Of a stretch of 64,000 nucleotides of DNA, positions 63,454-64,000 are shown piece by piece. The notes beneath the pieces are model-generated. The model ran no database searches. It saw only the letters and a list, made by a program, of their open reading frames with translations, and was not told where the DNA came from. The first letter of the stretch is position 1. Every line of letters starts with the position of its first letter. Source of the DNA: Deinococcota bacterium (GTDB taxonomy: Bacteria > Deinococcota > Deinococci > Deinococcales > Thermaceae); assembly GCA_041695225.1 (NCBI GenBank), contig JBGFRI010000004.1, forward strand, positions 53,683 to 117,682. The letters are read 5' to 3'. The position numbers were made by a program, and so were the translations under genes.

Positions 63454-63816
63454 CTAAGCCGACGGCAGATAGAACAACAAATCAAGCGAAGGTGGCTTGA
63501 TGCCCTGGGTACGCAACAGAATCACGATTTGCGCGGTGTGCCGTATCTCGTGCAGCATCACGTGCCATAGCAGGCCATCAAGGGTGTAGCGTTGCCTCGG
63601 GTTGTCGTGCAGGGTTACCACCCGTTCTAATTCTCCGGCGGTCAGGGAATCAAGATAGCCCAGGGTACTCTGCTCCACCGCCCGCCAGTAGTCCAGCAGC
63701 GTCTTCAGCGAAAACGCCGCGTACTCTGGGCCGCCCCCGGTGCTGAGCAGGTCTGGGAAGGTGAACAAGATGGGTTCCTTGCGCTGAATATCCTCGTTTA
63801 GCCAGCCATCCTCCAC
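63454..63816 (-). pseudogene. DinB-family protein, 5'-truncated
   Basis: LLWHVMLHEIRHTAQI; N-terminus absent, next to the IS end. Confidence 0.65.
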
Positions 63817-63879
63817 TAGGCGAGTCGCTTACGCGATTCCGGCAAAGCCGTAACCTAGCTGGCGATATGAAAGACCAGG

Positions 63880-64000
63880 TGATAATGGACCCCATAAACT
63901 GGACACGAAAACCGCAGGCTCTAAGCGACACTAGTTTATGAGAAAGAACCACTCAGCCAGTTTCAAAGCGCAGGTTGTCCTGGAACTGCTCAGGGAAGAA
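63880..64000 (+). mobile_element. Left end of an IS3-family element with the start of orfA
   Basis: IRL-like TGATAATGGACCCCATAAACTGGACAC; ATG63938 MRKNHSASFKAQVVLELLREE. Confidence 0.8.

Overview
GC-rich chromosomal segment from a Deinococcota (Thermales) bacterium, most consistent with Meiothermus. The assignment rests on gene content, many leaderless genes, Thermus-type FadR boxes and strong CTCGAG enrichment. The backbone is housekeeping: ndk, tRNA-Arg(CCG), nfi, uvrB, glnK-amtB, hrcA, a moaD-moaE fusion, proline utilisation genes, a DtxR/MntR + TroABCD-type metal ABC operon, argJ, a FadF-like Fe-S oxidoreductase, a malK-type ATPase, a GH13 alpha-glucosidase, sufU, folE2 and an IrrE/PprI-like protease. 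It is peppered with accessory DNA: five toxin-antitoxin pairs, two Uma2 nucleases, several REP/MITE-like repeat families, heptamer tandem repeats, IS110 and IS3 pieces, and pseudogenes. The notable signals are: (1) integron gene cassettes scattered in the chromosome with no intI in the window, comprising one textbook attC TA cassette, one TA cassette apparently captured behind a duplicated FadR promoter, and a decayed three-gene array; (2) a Deinococcus-type RDRM (DdrO) box over the uvrB promoter together with an irrE homolog; (3) an orphan XhoI/PaeR7I-like m6A methyltransferase with strongly over-represented CTCGAG; (4) a heptamer-repeat block flanked by a 15-bp direct repeat, suggesting mobility; (5) a probable 6S RNA; and (6) a lipoprotein/PEGA operon with duplicated MliC-like domains that lack the inhibitory motifs. 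All calls were made by reading the sequence; no database searches were run.
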